This document shows, piece after piece, positions 50,156 through 60,683 of a stretch of DNA of 64,000 nucleotides; position 1 is the first letter of the stretch; the number at the start of each line of letters is the position of its first letter. The position numbers and the translations under genes were made by a program. This DNA is from Candidatus Latescibacterota bacterium (GTDB lineage Bacteria > Krumholzibacteriota > Krumholzibacteriia > WVZY01). The stretch spans positions 64,001 to 128,000 of the forward strand of contig CAWBQK010000002.1 of assembly GCA_963791045.1 (NCBI GenBank). Reading direction: 5' to 3'. Under the pieces are notes generated by a model. The model searched no databases. It was not told where the DNA came from and saw nothing but the letters and a program-made list of their open reading frames with translations.

Positions 50156-51419
50156 TCATTCCTGCCTGGTGTATCGGTTCATCACCTCCGCGCCAAGCAC
50201 TCGTTTGGCCTCATTCCGGTTGTGTCTCCCGCACAGAAGCCTCAGGTTATCTTTGGTGTTCCCGCCGCCTTTTGCGAATGGTTTGATGTGATCGATCTGG
50301 ATCCCCCATGTCGAGTTGCAGCGCTTGTTATTTGCGCCGACATAAGTGCACTTCCCACCGTCGCGTTTGAACACGGCGTCTCTTACAGCCGCCCCGATGT
50401 GCCGCGTGCGTTTTTGCGCGTCGCCCTCACGCTCAACTGCGGGTCCCTGGTTCTCCGGTCGTCGTTCGTTCCCGACAGCCCCTCCTTTTCCCGTGGGTTT
50501 CTGCTTCTCGGTTCGTCGTTTGTCCCCGTCCGCCCTTTCTTTGCCCTTGGGCTCCCGATCTCGTTTCTCGTTATGTTTTTCGAGCTTCTTGGCCCGGCGT
50601 TTCTCTCGTCGTTCGTGACGCACCTCCGGACTGTGTCGGTCGATAAACTCATCCATCACAGCTTCGAACACATTCTCGAATGATCCGCCCGGCATTTTGT
50701 GAGACAGAAGCGATTTGACCTCTTCAAGTTTGCCCATGAATTCTTCGGTTGCGAGGAACTGGATGAGCAAACGCTGTTCGGTGCGACCGGCATCGCTCCG
50801 TTTGTCCGTGTGATTCTCGCGGGCGCCCCCAAACCCTCAACTCGCTCTGTTTCTCCCCGTCGGTCGAGCGCTTCAACTATTCCGGAATTACTTCGATTGC
50901 TACTCCCGGACCGGGAGTTAAAAATCAACGGGTTACGGCGATTTGCTGGAGTTTTGCCTGATTCGGGGGTGGCCACTCGAACCGGGCGGACGCGATCGCG
51001 GTAGGCTACCGGGTGGTTTATAGCGGGCGACAATCGACTCGACTTGCCGCTCGGTTTTGCCTCGGATCTCCCGAAGAAGAAGATCCTTGTTGCTCATCAT
51101 TAAGGATCGATGCGACGAGACCCACGGTGGTCAGATTTGCCTCACCGGAGTCAAGGAGATCGAAAACTTCGGGGTAACGATGAACACACCTGGCTGTTGC
51201 GATTCTCCGCCCGGCCGCGGACCGTGAGTACCCGAGGGCGCCGACACAATAATCAAAGAGGGAACTGAAACCGTATCCGAGATAGAGATCACGTCGCTCA
51301 ACTTCAGCGAGATGAACGAAAATTGAAAGGGTCGTTTGCTTTTCTTGCGCGACGAGTTTATGGAGACGAGAGAGAAGTATTTTGTCTGAGAGACTTGCGA
51401 GCGATCGATTGGAAGACAT
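50156..51419 (-). CDS. HNH endonuclease with DUF222-like N-terminus (about three frameshifts; pseudogene or sequencing error)
   Basis: N-terminal HLAEVERRDLY..GFSSLFDYC..LGYS; C-terminal RDGGKCTY..RC..QIDHIKPFAKGG..NLRLLCGRHN; SD GGAGG. Confidence 0.85.
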
Positions 51420-51795
51420 GGGGGACCTCCCGGGGAAAGGCGTCGTGTAGTTGACTTACGACAGATGCACATGTCAACGGGGAGGATCGTCAACACTAGT
51501 ATTATAACATGAGGGTTTTTGGCTTCCGCACAACGCGCGACAACGCATAACACGACCCGACAATACAAAAACGTCTCGATAAAATCAAGACGTCCTCGTC
51601 GGACACACAGAAAAGCACAGTACAAAAACACATGGGTACCACAGCTCGCAAAAAGATGCTTTCAAAAGTCCGTCAAGAAAAAAGCGGCAGTGTGAAAAAA
51701 GTTTAGCATTACGAGCGTAAAGTACCGCTACGGCAAACAATCGTTATCGATTGCGGGCCCGGCCAGGCAGTAGTTGTGCGGATCCCCGATAGGCA

Positions 51796-53463
51796 CTAAC
51801 TATTTGCAGTGACAGTTGGACTGTGGTCCGGTGCATCGTCGCCTTCCTCTTCCGACACCATCTCGCCGTTGAACGCGCGGAGCGCCTCGACGATAAGCAC
51901 GACGGCAAGTACAAAGAGAAATGCCGAAACCACGCGTATTACAACAAAGTCATTTTTGAAGAAGAGCATCACGAGCGCCAGAAGGGTGACCGCAAACATA
52001 AAGATCATCGGAATGATGACGAACCATGTTTGCCGCCCGGTCCGTTTCAGCCACACACCGACGGTGAGGAGCGCGAGCGCTCCGAGGAGTTGATTGGTCG
52101 CGCCAAACACCGGCCATATGGCGCGCCATGCGGGGATCACTTGCCCGGAAGCGTCCCTGAACTCGGTAAGCGCAAGCCACAGCGGCAAAACGAGCGTCGC
52201 CGTGGTGGCGATGAGATGCCATTTCATTCCCCAGCGATCAACAAACTCCTCAAAGATGTATCGGCCCAGTCGTGTTCCGGTATCGAGCGTGGTAAGAAGA
52301 AACGTACTGATCGCCAGAAGTCCGAACGAAGTCCCGAGCGCACTGGGAACGCCGAAGTTTCCGACAAAGCTACCCATTCCCGACGCAAAAACCTGCGCGG
52401 GCGAATTTCCCGCAAGGGCGCCGCCGGCAACGACAACGGCGCTCACCGCAATAAGCGCGAGAAGCCCCTCGACGAGCATCGACCCATAGGCCACCGGCCG
52501 CGCGGCGCGTTCGTTCGAGAGTTGCTTGGCCGTCGTCCCCGATGCGACAATCGAGTGAAACCCCGAACACGCCCCGCATGCAATCGTGATAAAGAGAGCG
52601 GGAAAAAGATAACCAATGTTGGCGTTGAACCCAAGGAACGCCGGCGTGTCGAGCTTGTACCCGCCGAGCATGATTCCACCTAATCCGCCGAACACGCAGG
52701 CGAGAAGAAGATACGATGACAGGTAGTCGCGTGGCTGCAACAGCACCCACACGGGTGTGATCGACGCGACAAAGCAATAGACGAGAAGAATCAAAGTCCA
52801 CGTGGTCTTGGGATCGCCGTGGGCGAGCGCGGGTGGTGCGCCCATAGGGAAGACCTGTCCGAGATAGATCGCAAGAAACACCAACGGAACAAAAACAAAC
52901 GACGCCTTAACGAGCGAGACTTTTATTCGATATACGGCAAGCCCGAGAAGGATGGCAAGGATGATGTACATCAGCGATGAACTCGCCACGCCGCCGTCCT
53001 TTGTAAAGCTGTCCGCGGTAAGATCGACAAAGACGGTGAGGACGTAGACCATGGTGAGCCAGATGAAAGCGAGATAGAGTTTGTGCGCGAGCGGACTCAT
53101 CATTCGTTTGGCGACCTGGGCGATCGACCGCGCCTTGTGACGGATCGAGACGATGAGCGACGCGTAATCGTGAACGCCGCCGATAAAGATCGAGCCGAGA
53201 ACGATCCAGATCACTGCGGGGAGCCAGCCGAAGAACGCGACGGCAATGATGGGCCCGACGATCGGTCCCGCCCCCGCGATCGACGAGAAGTGATGGCCCA
53301 TAAGCACCGGTGTCTTCGCCGGCATGTAATCGAGTCCGTCGTAATTTGTGTGCGCGGGCGTCCGGCGGTCGGGTTTGATTCCAAAACGGCGGTCGAGAAA
53401 AGCGCCATAGAAACGATAACCGAGTATAAAGAGCACGACGCCAATGATGATAAGAATGACCAC
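51796..53463 (-). CDS. cstA: Carbon starvation protein A family transporter
   Basis: TPAH..DG.DY.P, GHHFSSIAGAGPIVGP, LLQPRDY, TIACGACSGFH, TTLDTGTRLGR, WPVFGATNQL; GTG 53463 follows AAAGGA. Confidence 0.95.
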   Translation of the reverse strand: MVILIIIGVVLFILGYRFYGAFLDRRFGIKPDRRTPAHTNYDGLDYMPAKTPVLMGHHFSSIAGAGPIVGPIIAVAFFGWLPAVIWIVLGSIFIGGVHDYASLIVSIRHKARSIAQVAKRMMSPLAHKLYLAFIWLTMVYVLTVFVDLTADSFTKDGGVASSSLMYIILAILLGLAVYRIKVSLVKASFVFVPLVFLAIYLGQVFPMGAPPALAHGDPKTTWTLILLVYCFVASITPVWVLLQPRDYLSSYLLLACVFGGLGGIMLGGYKLDTPAFLGFNANIGYLFPALFITIACGACSGFHSIVASGTTAKQLSNERAARPVAYGSMLVEGLLALIAVSAVVVAGGALAGNSPAQVFASGMGSFVGNFGVPSALGTSFGLLAISTFLLTTLDTGTRLGRYIFEEFVDRWGMKWHLIATTATLVLPLWLALTEFRDASGQVIPAWRAIWPVFGATNQLLGALALLTVGVWLKRTGRQTWFVIIPMIFMFAVTLLALVMLFFKNDFVVIRVVSAFLFVLAVVLIVEALRAFNGEMVSEEEGDDAPDHSPTVTANS

Positions 53464-53553
53464 GGGGTGTCGGTCCTTTCGGATGGTCACGGTGAGCTAG
53501 TCAACAGTGGGTCTTCGCTCCAAGATATCCTCTGGGAGGCCATAACGTCAAGA

Positions 53554-53586
53554 GGGCCGCGGCGCCTGGGTGAAGCGCCGCGGCCC
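53554..53586 (-). terminator. GC-rich hairpin downstream of the nitroreductase gene
   Basis: GGGCCGCGGCGC-loop-GCGCCGCGGCCC perfect 12-bp stem; weak U tract. Confidence 0.45.
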
Positions 53587-53617
53587 ATATTCGTCGCGTG
53601 ACAGAAACGTTCTGAGA

Positions 53618-54223
53618 TCAGAACGAATTCTCCATAACGATCTCTTCGAGGGGGAGTTGTCCCGGCTTTGGCCAGGTGTCTTTCGTGCCCTTGCCGATCG
53701 CCACCATCGGTCCCATGACGTGGTCTTCGGGGAGATTGATCAGCTCCGCCACTTTTTCTATATCGAATCCGATCATCGGGCATGAATCATAGCCCATTTC
53801 CTGAGAGGCGAGCATCAGGGTCTGCATGGCCATACCGATCGACCGCTGCGCCTCGTCGCGCTGAAGCCACTCGCGGCCTTCGTGAAAGGGACCCATCCAA
53901 CCAACGAGGAGATCGGATACTTCCTTCGGCGCGTTGACCCAGTATCTCTCCGGGTTCTTTTTCCATGCCTTTGTGTCTCCAGTGAAGAGAACGAGAAGCG
54001 ACGCGTCGGTCATTTGCGACTGGTCGTTTCCGAACTCTTTGCGGATCTTCGCGCGAAGCTCGGGATCACGAAGAATCACAAAGCGCCAGTGCTGGATATT
54101 GAAGCTCGTCGGCGCCTGGATCATTGCTTCCATCAACTTCTTTTCTTCTTCTTTTGTGAGCTTGTGTGCCGCGTCAAACTGCTTCACCGCGCGTCTTTTG
54201 TAAATGGCCTCTATTGCTTTCAT
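53618..54223 (-). CDS. Nitroreductase family protein
   Basis: RRAVKQFD, APTSFNIQHWRF, GYDSCPMIGFD; SD AAAGGAG. Confidence 0.93.
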   Translation of the reverse strand: MKAIEAIYKRRAVKQFDAAHKLTKEEEKKLMEAMIQAPTSFNIQHWRFVILRDPELRAKIRKEFGNDQSQMTDASLLVLFTGDTKAWKKNPERYWVNAPKEVSDLLVGWMGPFHEGREWLQRDEAQRSIGMAMQTLMLASQEMGYDSCPMIGFDIEKVAELINLPEDHVMGPMVAIGKGTKDTWPKPGQLPLEEIVMENSF

Positions 54224-54415
54224 GTCCGGGTCTCCTTTGAATTATGGAATTGAATAATCGTTTTTGCTCGTACTCGAAAATGGGCCGTTCAGGGTCTTGT
54301 CCAATTTGTCGTAGAAACGCCCAAAAAGTTACTGTCTTTTTTCCGTGCCCCCGGAGAGACTCACGCCGGGCGGCTGGAAAGGGCGCCGGAATTCGCGTCT
54401 TTCCGGAGGGGCCGA

Positions 54416-54444
54416 TTGCGTTTGGCGTCGTGATTGCCTATAAT
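54416..54444 (+). promoter_or_regulatory. Sigma-70 promoter for the DUF4159 operon
   Basis: TTGCGT-N17-TATAAT; IHF-like AATCAATATCTTA on the minus strand at 54456-54468. Confidence 0.6.
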
Positions 54445-54558
54445 TTGGAATGACCTAAGATATTGATTTTCAAGGGTTCTCGGGTGGCCCGCAGGAGATC
54501 GATCGGCACGAGGGGCGCGTGGATAAACGCGCTTTTTTGACCGGAGGGAAAAGAGACC

Positions 54559-55260
54559 GTGTTTCGCCGAGCCACAACCTTTTTACTTGTTGTCATTGTT
54601 GGCGTTACGCTCGCGCCGAGCCTCGCGCCCGCAATCGGCGGCGACCCGGCCGGCGAGTACGGGGTCCGTATCGCCAGGGTCAAGTATGGCGGCGGGGGAG
54701 ATTGGTATGCCGACCCATCGTCTATCCCCAACTGGCTCAGGGAGTTCGAGCGGCGGACGGGGGTCAAGACCCATCCGGAAGAGAAAATCGTCAGTGTGAT
54801 GGACGAGAATCTCCGCGCGTTTCCCTTCCTTTATATTACCGGCCACGGAACGGTCCGGTTCAGCGCCGAAGAGATCGAGACGCTGCGCGACTACCTGGAA
54901 TCGGGCGGATTCCTTTACGCGGACGACAATTACGGGCTCGATGCGTCTTTTCGCGAGTTCGTCCGCATGCTCTTCCCCGAGAAACAGCTCGAAGAAATCC
55001 CCAACTCGCACCCGATCTACCACGTTTTCTACGATCTCCCGGGATTGCCGAAGATCCACGAGCACGACGGTAAGCGCCCGCAAGGGCTTGGCGTGACGAT
55101 CGATGGACGGCTGGCCCTTTATCTATCGTACGAATCCGACATCGGGGACGGGCTCGAAGACGCCCGGGTCCACGACGATCCGCCCGAGAAGCGGGAACTG
55201 GCCATGCGCATGGCTGTAAATATATTAATGTACGCCATTACTCAGGAAGCGCTGCCCTAG
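54559..55260 (+). CDS. DUF4159 domain secreted protein
   Basis: ARVKYGGGGDWY.DP, PFLYITGHG, GGFLYADD, HPIYHVFY, PKIHEHDG. Confidence 0.88.
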   Translation: MFRRATTFLLVVIVGVTLAPSLAPAIGGDPAGEYGVRIARVKYGGGGDWYADPSSIPNWLREFERRTGVKTHPEEKIVSVMDENLRAFPFLYITGHGTVRFSAEEIETLRDYLESGGFLYADDNYGLDASFREFVRMLFPEKQLEEIPNSHPIYHVFYDLPGLPKIHEHDGKRPQGLGVTIDGRLALYLSYESDIGDGLEDARVHDDPPEKRELAMRMAVNILMYAITQEALP

Positions 55261-55337
55261 GGGGGCGCCGGGTGCGCGGGAAAACCGCGCGGATGAAGCG
55301 ACAGGGCCGGCTATACGCCGCAAGCAAAAGAGTGTTC

Positions 55338-58300
55338 ATGACCGACGGCACGCCAAATATGTTCGAGACGGAACTTCGCCGCGAGTTGAAGCGCATCCTC
55401 GCGAAGACGATGATGCTCCGCGCGGTCGCGGGGCTGCTCACGTTTGTCGCGGTCGCCGCGTGGGTGTTTCTCGCCGTTGTTCTGATTTCAATGTTGACGG
55501 GTGCGCCGGGCGCGTCCTTCGCCGTTGTGTTCAGTCGAACGGTTGTCATTCTTCTGATTCTGCTTTTTGCCGCGCTCGTTGTGTATCCAGTGCTGAGAAC
55601 GCCGAGTCTAAGGAAGCTCTCGTTCGAACTGGAGAGCCGGCGTGATTTCCAGGATCTCGTTGCCGCGGGGTACGAGTTCTCGCGCGACGCATCGGCCGCA
55701 TCGCGTTATTCACCCGACCTGATTCGCGAAGTGATCCGCCAGGCCGTCGGCTCCATAAAAGATCTCGAGATTCGTTTCCTTTTTCTCGACCGGAATCAGC
55801 TCGCGTTTATCCCGCTGGCGTATACAGCGCTCGTCATATTGATAGTCGTCGCGCTTGTGTCGCCGACGACAATACTCACGGCCGGCAAGCGAATTACGGC
55901 GCCGCGCGATGTCGCCGCGGTCGAGCACGAGGCCAACCTCTTTTGCTCCCCAGGCGACATAACGGTGATCTCGGGATCGGATGTCGAAATCGTAGCGCGC
56001 GACTTTGGCGGTTCGGAAGAAGCGGTCACAGCTCTCTTACGACCTGCCAGGGGATTCTGGAAAACGGAGCCGACGAACAGAGCGCCAAGCGACCGACAAC
56101 GAAGGCGCCGCGACAGAGCCGCGAATACGTCTACACCTTCAGCGATATCCGCGGCACCCTGTCCTATTATTTCGAACGCGGCGAGAACAAGACCGCCATC
56201 TTTACGATCACCGTGGTCAACAAACCAGTCGTGACCGCGCTCTCACTGGTTTTCACCCCGCCGTCGTATACAGGCGAGGCGCCCGACACGCTCATCGATG
56301 CGGCGGAAGCGTCCACGCCCTCGAAGGCACACGCGTCGCAATTAAAGGGAAATCAAACAACATCCTCGACAAGGCGTGGATCCAGTTCGATGACGGCGAG
56401 AAGAAACCTATCGCCATCGCCGGCCGCGATTTCGAACTCGAATTCCCCGCACTTCGCGACGGCACATACGGAATCGTGCATGCGCGACAGCCTCGGTCAC
56501 GAAACCGATGAACCGCTGGTTTATGCGATGGAAGTCTACGAAGACCATCCGCCGGTTCTCGATGTCCTCGAACCGGGGACCGATTCGATGCTCCCCAGAA
56601 ATTTCAAGGTCGACCTCGGGTTCACCGCGGCGGACGACTACGGCGTCAACAGGGCGGCCGTCTACTTTCGCAAGAGCGGTCACGAGAAGTACCCGGCGCC
56701 CGAATTCCCCTCGGCCCCCACGCGGGCAAACGCGAGCTCATCGTGATGTACGAGTGGAGCCTCGAGGGTGTCGAGCTTTTTCCCGGCGACTATCTCGAGT
56801 ATTTCATCCAGGTCGAGGACAACAACACGGTCACCGGCCCCGGCGTCGCCAAGAGCCGCATCTTTCACATTTCGGTTCCCACGATGGCGGAGCTGTACCG
56901 GAGCGTTGAAGAGGAAAGCTCGAAGCAGACCGATCTCGTACAGGAAGCGATCAAAGAGGGCCGCGAGCTAAAAGAACGCATCGAGAAGATAGCCCGCGAG
57001 ATGAAAAAAACCGACGAAGTCGACTGGAGTCAGCAAAAGGAAATCGACAAGGCCGTCGCGTCGCAAGAAAAGATTCAGGAAAAACTCGAAGAGATGCACA
57101 AGTCACTCGACGACACGCTCGAGTCCCTTTCCGAGAACCGGATGACCTCGCAGGAAATCGGCGAAAAGATGGAGGAAATCAACCGCCTGATCGAAGAGAT
57201 AAACAGCGAGGAACTCAACAAGTACATCGAAGAGATGCAGAAGGCGATGGAGAAGCTCGACCCCGAGGAGATCCGCAAGGCGCTCGAGAACGTCAATATG
57301 AGTGCGGAGGACATGCTCCGGAGTCTCGAGCGAACCGAGTCGCTCCTCAAGGAAATCCAGCGGGAACAGGCCGTAGAGGAGATGGTCCGCAAAACCCGCG
57401 ACCTCATGGAGGCCCAGGAGAAACTGAGCGACGAGACTACCGACGCCGATGACGAGAACGAGATGGACGGGCTCTCGCAGGAGCAGGAAGAACTCGCCGA
57501 GCGTGCCGACGAACTCCAAAAGGAACTCGATGAACTCGCCAATAAGATGGAGGATCAGAAGCTCGCCGAAGAGATGAAAGAGGCCTCGCAAAAGAACTCG
57601 ATGAGCCAGACATCGAAAGAAATGAAGGAAGCCTCGAGTCAGCTCCAGCAGGGGACAGAAGAGCGAGGCGCAGTCGCATCAGGAAAAAGCCCAGGACAAC
57701 ATGATTTCGCTGTTCAAGAGCCTGGCGAATATGCAAATGCAGATGCAGTCGTCGTCGAGTCAAAAAGTTGCCATGAACCTGCAGCGGCTCGCCAACAGCA
57801 CGCTCGAGATTTCTTTCAAGCAGGAAGAACTCACGCACGAACTCCGCGAACAGATCTCCGCGCAGGACGGCGCCGATCAGACGAGGATCCGCGAGCTTGC
57901 CGAGGAGCAGCAGTCGTACGCTCGCGCGGTCGAACAGATAGCCAACGAGCTCCATGAGATTTCAAAGGTGACGCTCGTCGTTCCCGAGGCGCTTCTCGAA
58001 GCGCTCGGGCGCTGCATACAGAACATGGAAAGCTCGCTCCTTTTCCTCGAACAGGCGAAGCCTTTTATGTCGACGACGAATGCCACCCAGGCCACGACGA
58101 CACTCAACGAAATCACAATCGACCTTTTGCGCGCGTGCAAGAACTGTTCGGGCGGCGGTTCGGGCCAGTCGCAGGGCAACCCGATGATGCAGCGCTTGCT
58201 CTCGGGTCAGCAGCAGGTGCTTCGCGAGACAGAGAATTTACTCGCCATGCGCGCAGGGCAGGAAAAGATGCGACAGCAGATGCAGGCCGAGGTGGAGCGT

Positions 58301-58729
58301 CTCAGTGGCGAGCAGCGCTCGCTAAAAGAGATCGCCGAGCAGATCCGTGACGACCTCAACAAGGAAGACACGCCGCTCGGCCGGATGGACCGCATTATAG
58401 ACGAGATGGACGAGATCATCCGCGACATGGAAAGCGGGGCTCTCGATCAGAGCACGCTCGACAAAGAGGAGCGGATTCTGAGCCGACTTCTCGATGCCCA
58501 GCGGTCGATCCACTCGAGGGATTACGAAAAGAAACGGACGAGCGAAACGGCGGGCGAGATGTACTCAGACGCTACGGGGTTCCCGGCGTCACGGCAGCAG
58601 TCGCAGATGCTCCGCGAGGAGATCCGGCGGGCCATGGCGTTGAAAGCACCCGGCGAATTCGAAGACTTGATACGGCTCTATTTCCGCGCGTTGGCCGAAG
58701 AGGCGACGACCGGCCGGAGCGGCGAGTGA
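55338..58729 (+). CDS. DUF4175-like membrane protein with long coiled coil (multiple frameshifts)
   Basis: N-terminal TMs, PPSYTG, ADDYGV, PGD.LEYF..V.DN..VTGP, Glu/Gln-rich coiled coil, ERILSRLLDAQRS..RD, terminal YFRAL; pieced together from several frames. Confidence 0.75.
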
Positions 58730-58748
58730 CAAACACGGGTCATTAGAT

Positions 58749-60683
58749 TTGAAAAAAGCCAAACGAAAATTCTTTTGTATAGTTCTTGTTGTTTGCCTCG
58801 CCGCGGTCGCGATGTCGGCGGTGACGCCGGTCGCGTTTGCGCAGGCTCCCAAAGTGATGACGCCGGACACGCAGAAGAAAAACCTGTCCACGGCGATTCG
58901 CGTCATCCGGCCGATGATGCGCGACGATCCCGAAAGCGCGATCCGGATGCTCCACGATCTCGAAAGACAGTATCCATACAACGCGCAGGTTCTCAATCTG
59001 CTTGGGGAGACATTTCAGGTCAGCGGACAGATCGATTCGGCAATCGCCGTTTACAAGCGGTGTCACACGGCAAAGCCAAACGATATTCGCTCGGGCGCCG
59101 AACTGGGAACGCTTTACATAGGGAACGATCAGCGGCAAAAGGGCGACGCGGTTTTTGCCGATATGATCACGCGGACCAAGGGGTCTATAAACACCTACAG
59201 GACGATTGCCACGGCGCTATCGAGAAACCGCTTCTACGACCAGGCGCTCCGGATGTACGAAGAGGGCCGCGAAGTAAACAACGGCAACTACATCCTTACT
59301 CTCGACATCGCCCACCTCCGAAGGACGATGGGTGATTTCAACGGCGCGCTCGACGAATACGTTTATCTTATTAACACGTCCCCCAAACACCAGCGTCTCG
59401 CGAAGGATCGGATTCTTGAATTGATTCGCGACCCGCGGGTGGGCCCTGAGTCGCTTCTCGATCAACTCGCCGAAGCGGCCGCGGTGGAGTCGCCGTACCG
59501 TCCCGCGATTCTCGAAACGCTCGCGCTTGCGTATCTCGAGAAAGGAATGATCGAGAAAGCCCTCGCGGCGGCGCTGGAAGCGGAAACGATCGGGCCGTCC
59601 GATGGCAAGGTGCTCTTTAGTCTCGCCGATAAAACCGTTGCCGAGTACCATCGTCAGCCGTACGAAGACCGCCCACGGTATTTCGACATGGCGCTGCGCG
59701 CGCTCGAAACATTTATCACCGGTCATCCGAAATCGCCCCAGCTCCCGCGCGCCAAGCTGATGCTCGTCGACCTTCTCGTGGATCTTGCCCTGGGCCGCGT
59801 AGAAAGTGCCGGTGGTATCGAACTGGAAACGGCGACCATCACCGCCCTCGAAGCTCTCGACTGGATGATCGAGTCTTTTCCCGGGACGGACCATGCCGAA
59901 CAAGCCTATCTCAAAAAGGGTGACGTGGTTTTCCGTCTCAAGAAGCAACCCGAAGAGGCCGCCCTCATCTACAAAGAGGGGATGAGCAAATCGCGGTTCT
60001 ATCCCACGACATTCGCCGAGCGCCTCGGACGTCTCTATCTCGTTATTGGCGATTATGAAAACGCCGAACGGTATTTTGTGCAGCTCATCAATCAGAAAGA
60101 CCAGGAACTAAAAGAAGCGGGCGTGTTCTACACGGGGCTGCTTCTCAGCATAACGGGGGAATACGAGGCGGCACGCGATACGCTGACATCGATGGCGGAG
60201 GGAAACCCCGCGTCCCAGTTTACCAACGATGCCATTCGTCTTTCCTGGGTGATCGAAGAGGGGCTGCAGGGTGACCAGAAAGTGCTGGGCCGGTTTATAG
60301 ATGCCCTCAAGTATGAAGTGGCGGAGGACACGACCAAAGCCCTCGGCGCGCTGGGCGATGTCGTTGCCAGGCCTGTCGAGACGCCGCTTCGCTCCCGGGC
60401 GCTTTTTCGCATGGGCCAGCTTTACCAGGGATCCGAGAAATCAAAAGACGCCCTCGGCGCTTTTGAAGCCTTTGTAAGAGACTACCCAACGGATACCCGC
60501 GTGCCCGACGCACACCGCAAAATCGCGCAAGTCTATGAATACGGGCTTGGCGACACGGCGCTCGCGCTCGAAAAATACGAAGACATACTGCTCAGCTATC
60601 CTCATTACATTTTTCTCGATGAAATTCGCGCCGACGTGACACGACTGCGAAATCAAATCGGAGCCACAGATGACTCTTCATAA
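58749..60683 (+). CDS. Secreted tetratricopeptide-repeat protein
   Basis: Signal peptide; repeated TPR-like helices (LGETF..G..D.A..VY, ALFRMGQLY, YEDILLSYP). Confidence 0.8.
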   Translation: MKKAKRKFFCIVLVVCLAAVAMSAVTPVAFAQAPKVMTPDTQKKNLSTAIRVIRPMMRDDPESAIRMLHDLERQYPYNAQVLNLLGETFQVSGQIDSAIAVYKRCHTAKPNDIRSGAELGTLYIGNDQRQKGDAVFADMITRTKGSINTYRTIATALSRNRFYDQALRMYEEGREVNNGNYILTLDIAHLRRTMGDFNGALDEYVYLINTSPKHQRLAKDRILELIRDPRVGPESLLDQLAEAAAVESPYRPAILETLALAYLEKGMIEKALAAALEAETIGPSDGKVLFSLADKTVAEYHRQPYEDRPRYFDMALRALETFITGHPKSPQLPRAKLMLVDLLVDLALGRVESAGGIELETATITALEALDWMIESFPGTDHAEQAYLKKGDVVFRLKKQPEEAALIYKEGMSKSRFYPTTFAERLGRLYLVIGDYENAERYFVQLINQKDQELKEAGVFYTGLLLSITGEYEAARDTLTSMAEGNPASQFTNDAIRLSWVIEEGLQGDQKVLGRFIDALKYEVAEDTTKALGALGDVVARPVETPLRSRALFRMGQLYQGSEKSKDALGAFEAFVRDYPTDTRVPDAHRKIAQVYEYGLGDTALALEKYEDILLSYPHYIFLDEIRADVTRLRNQIGATDDSS

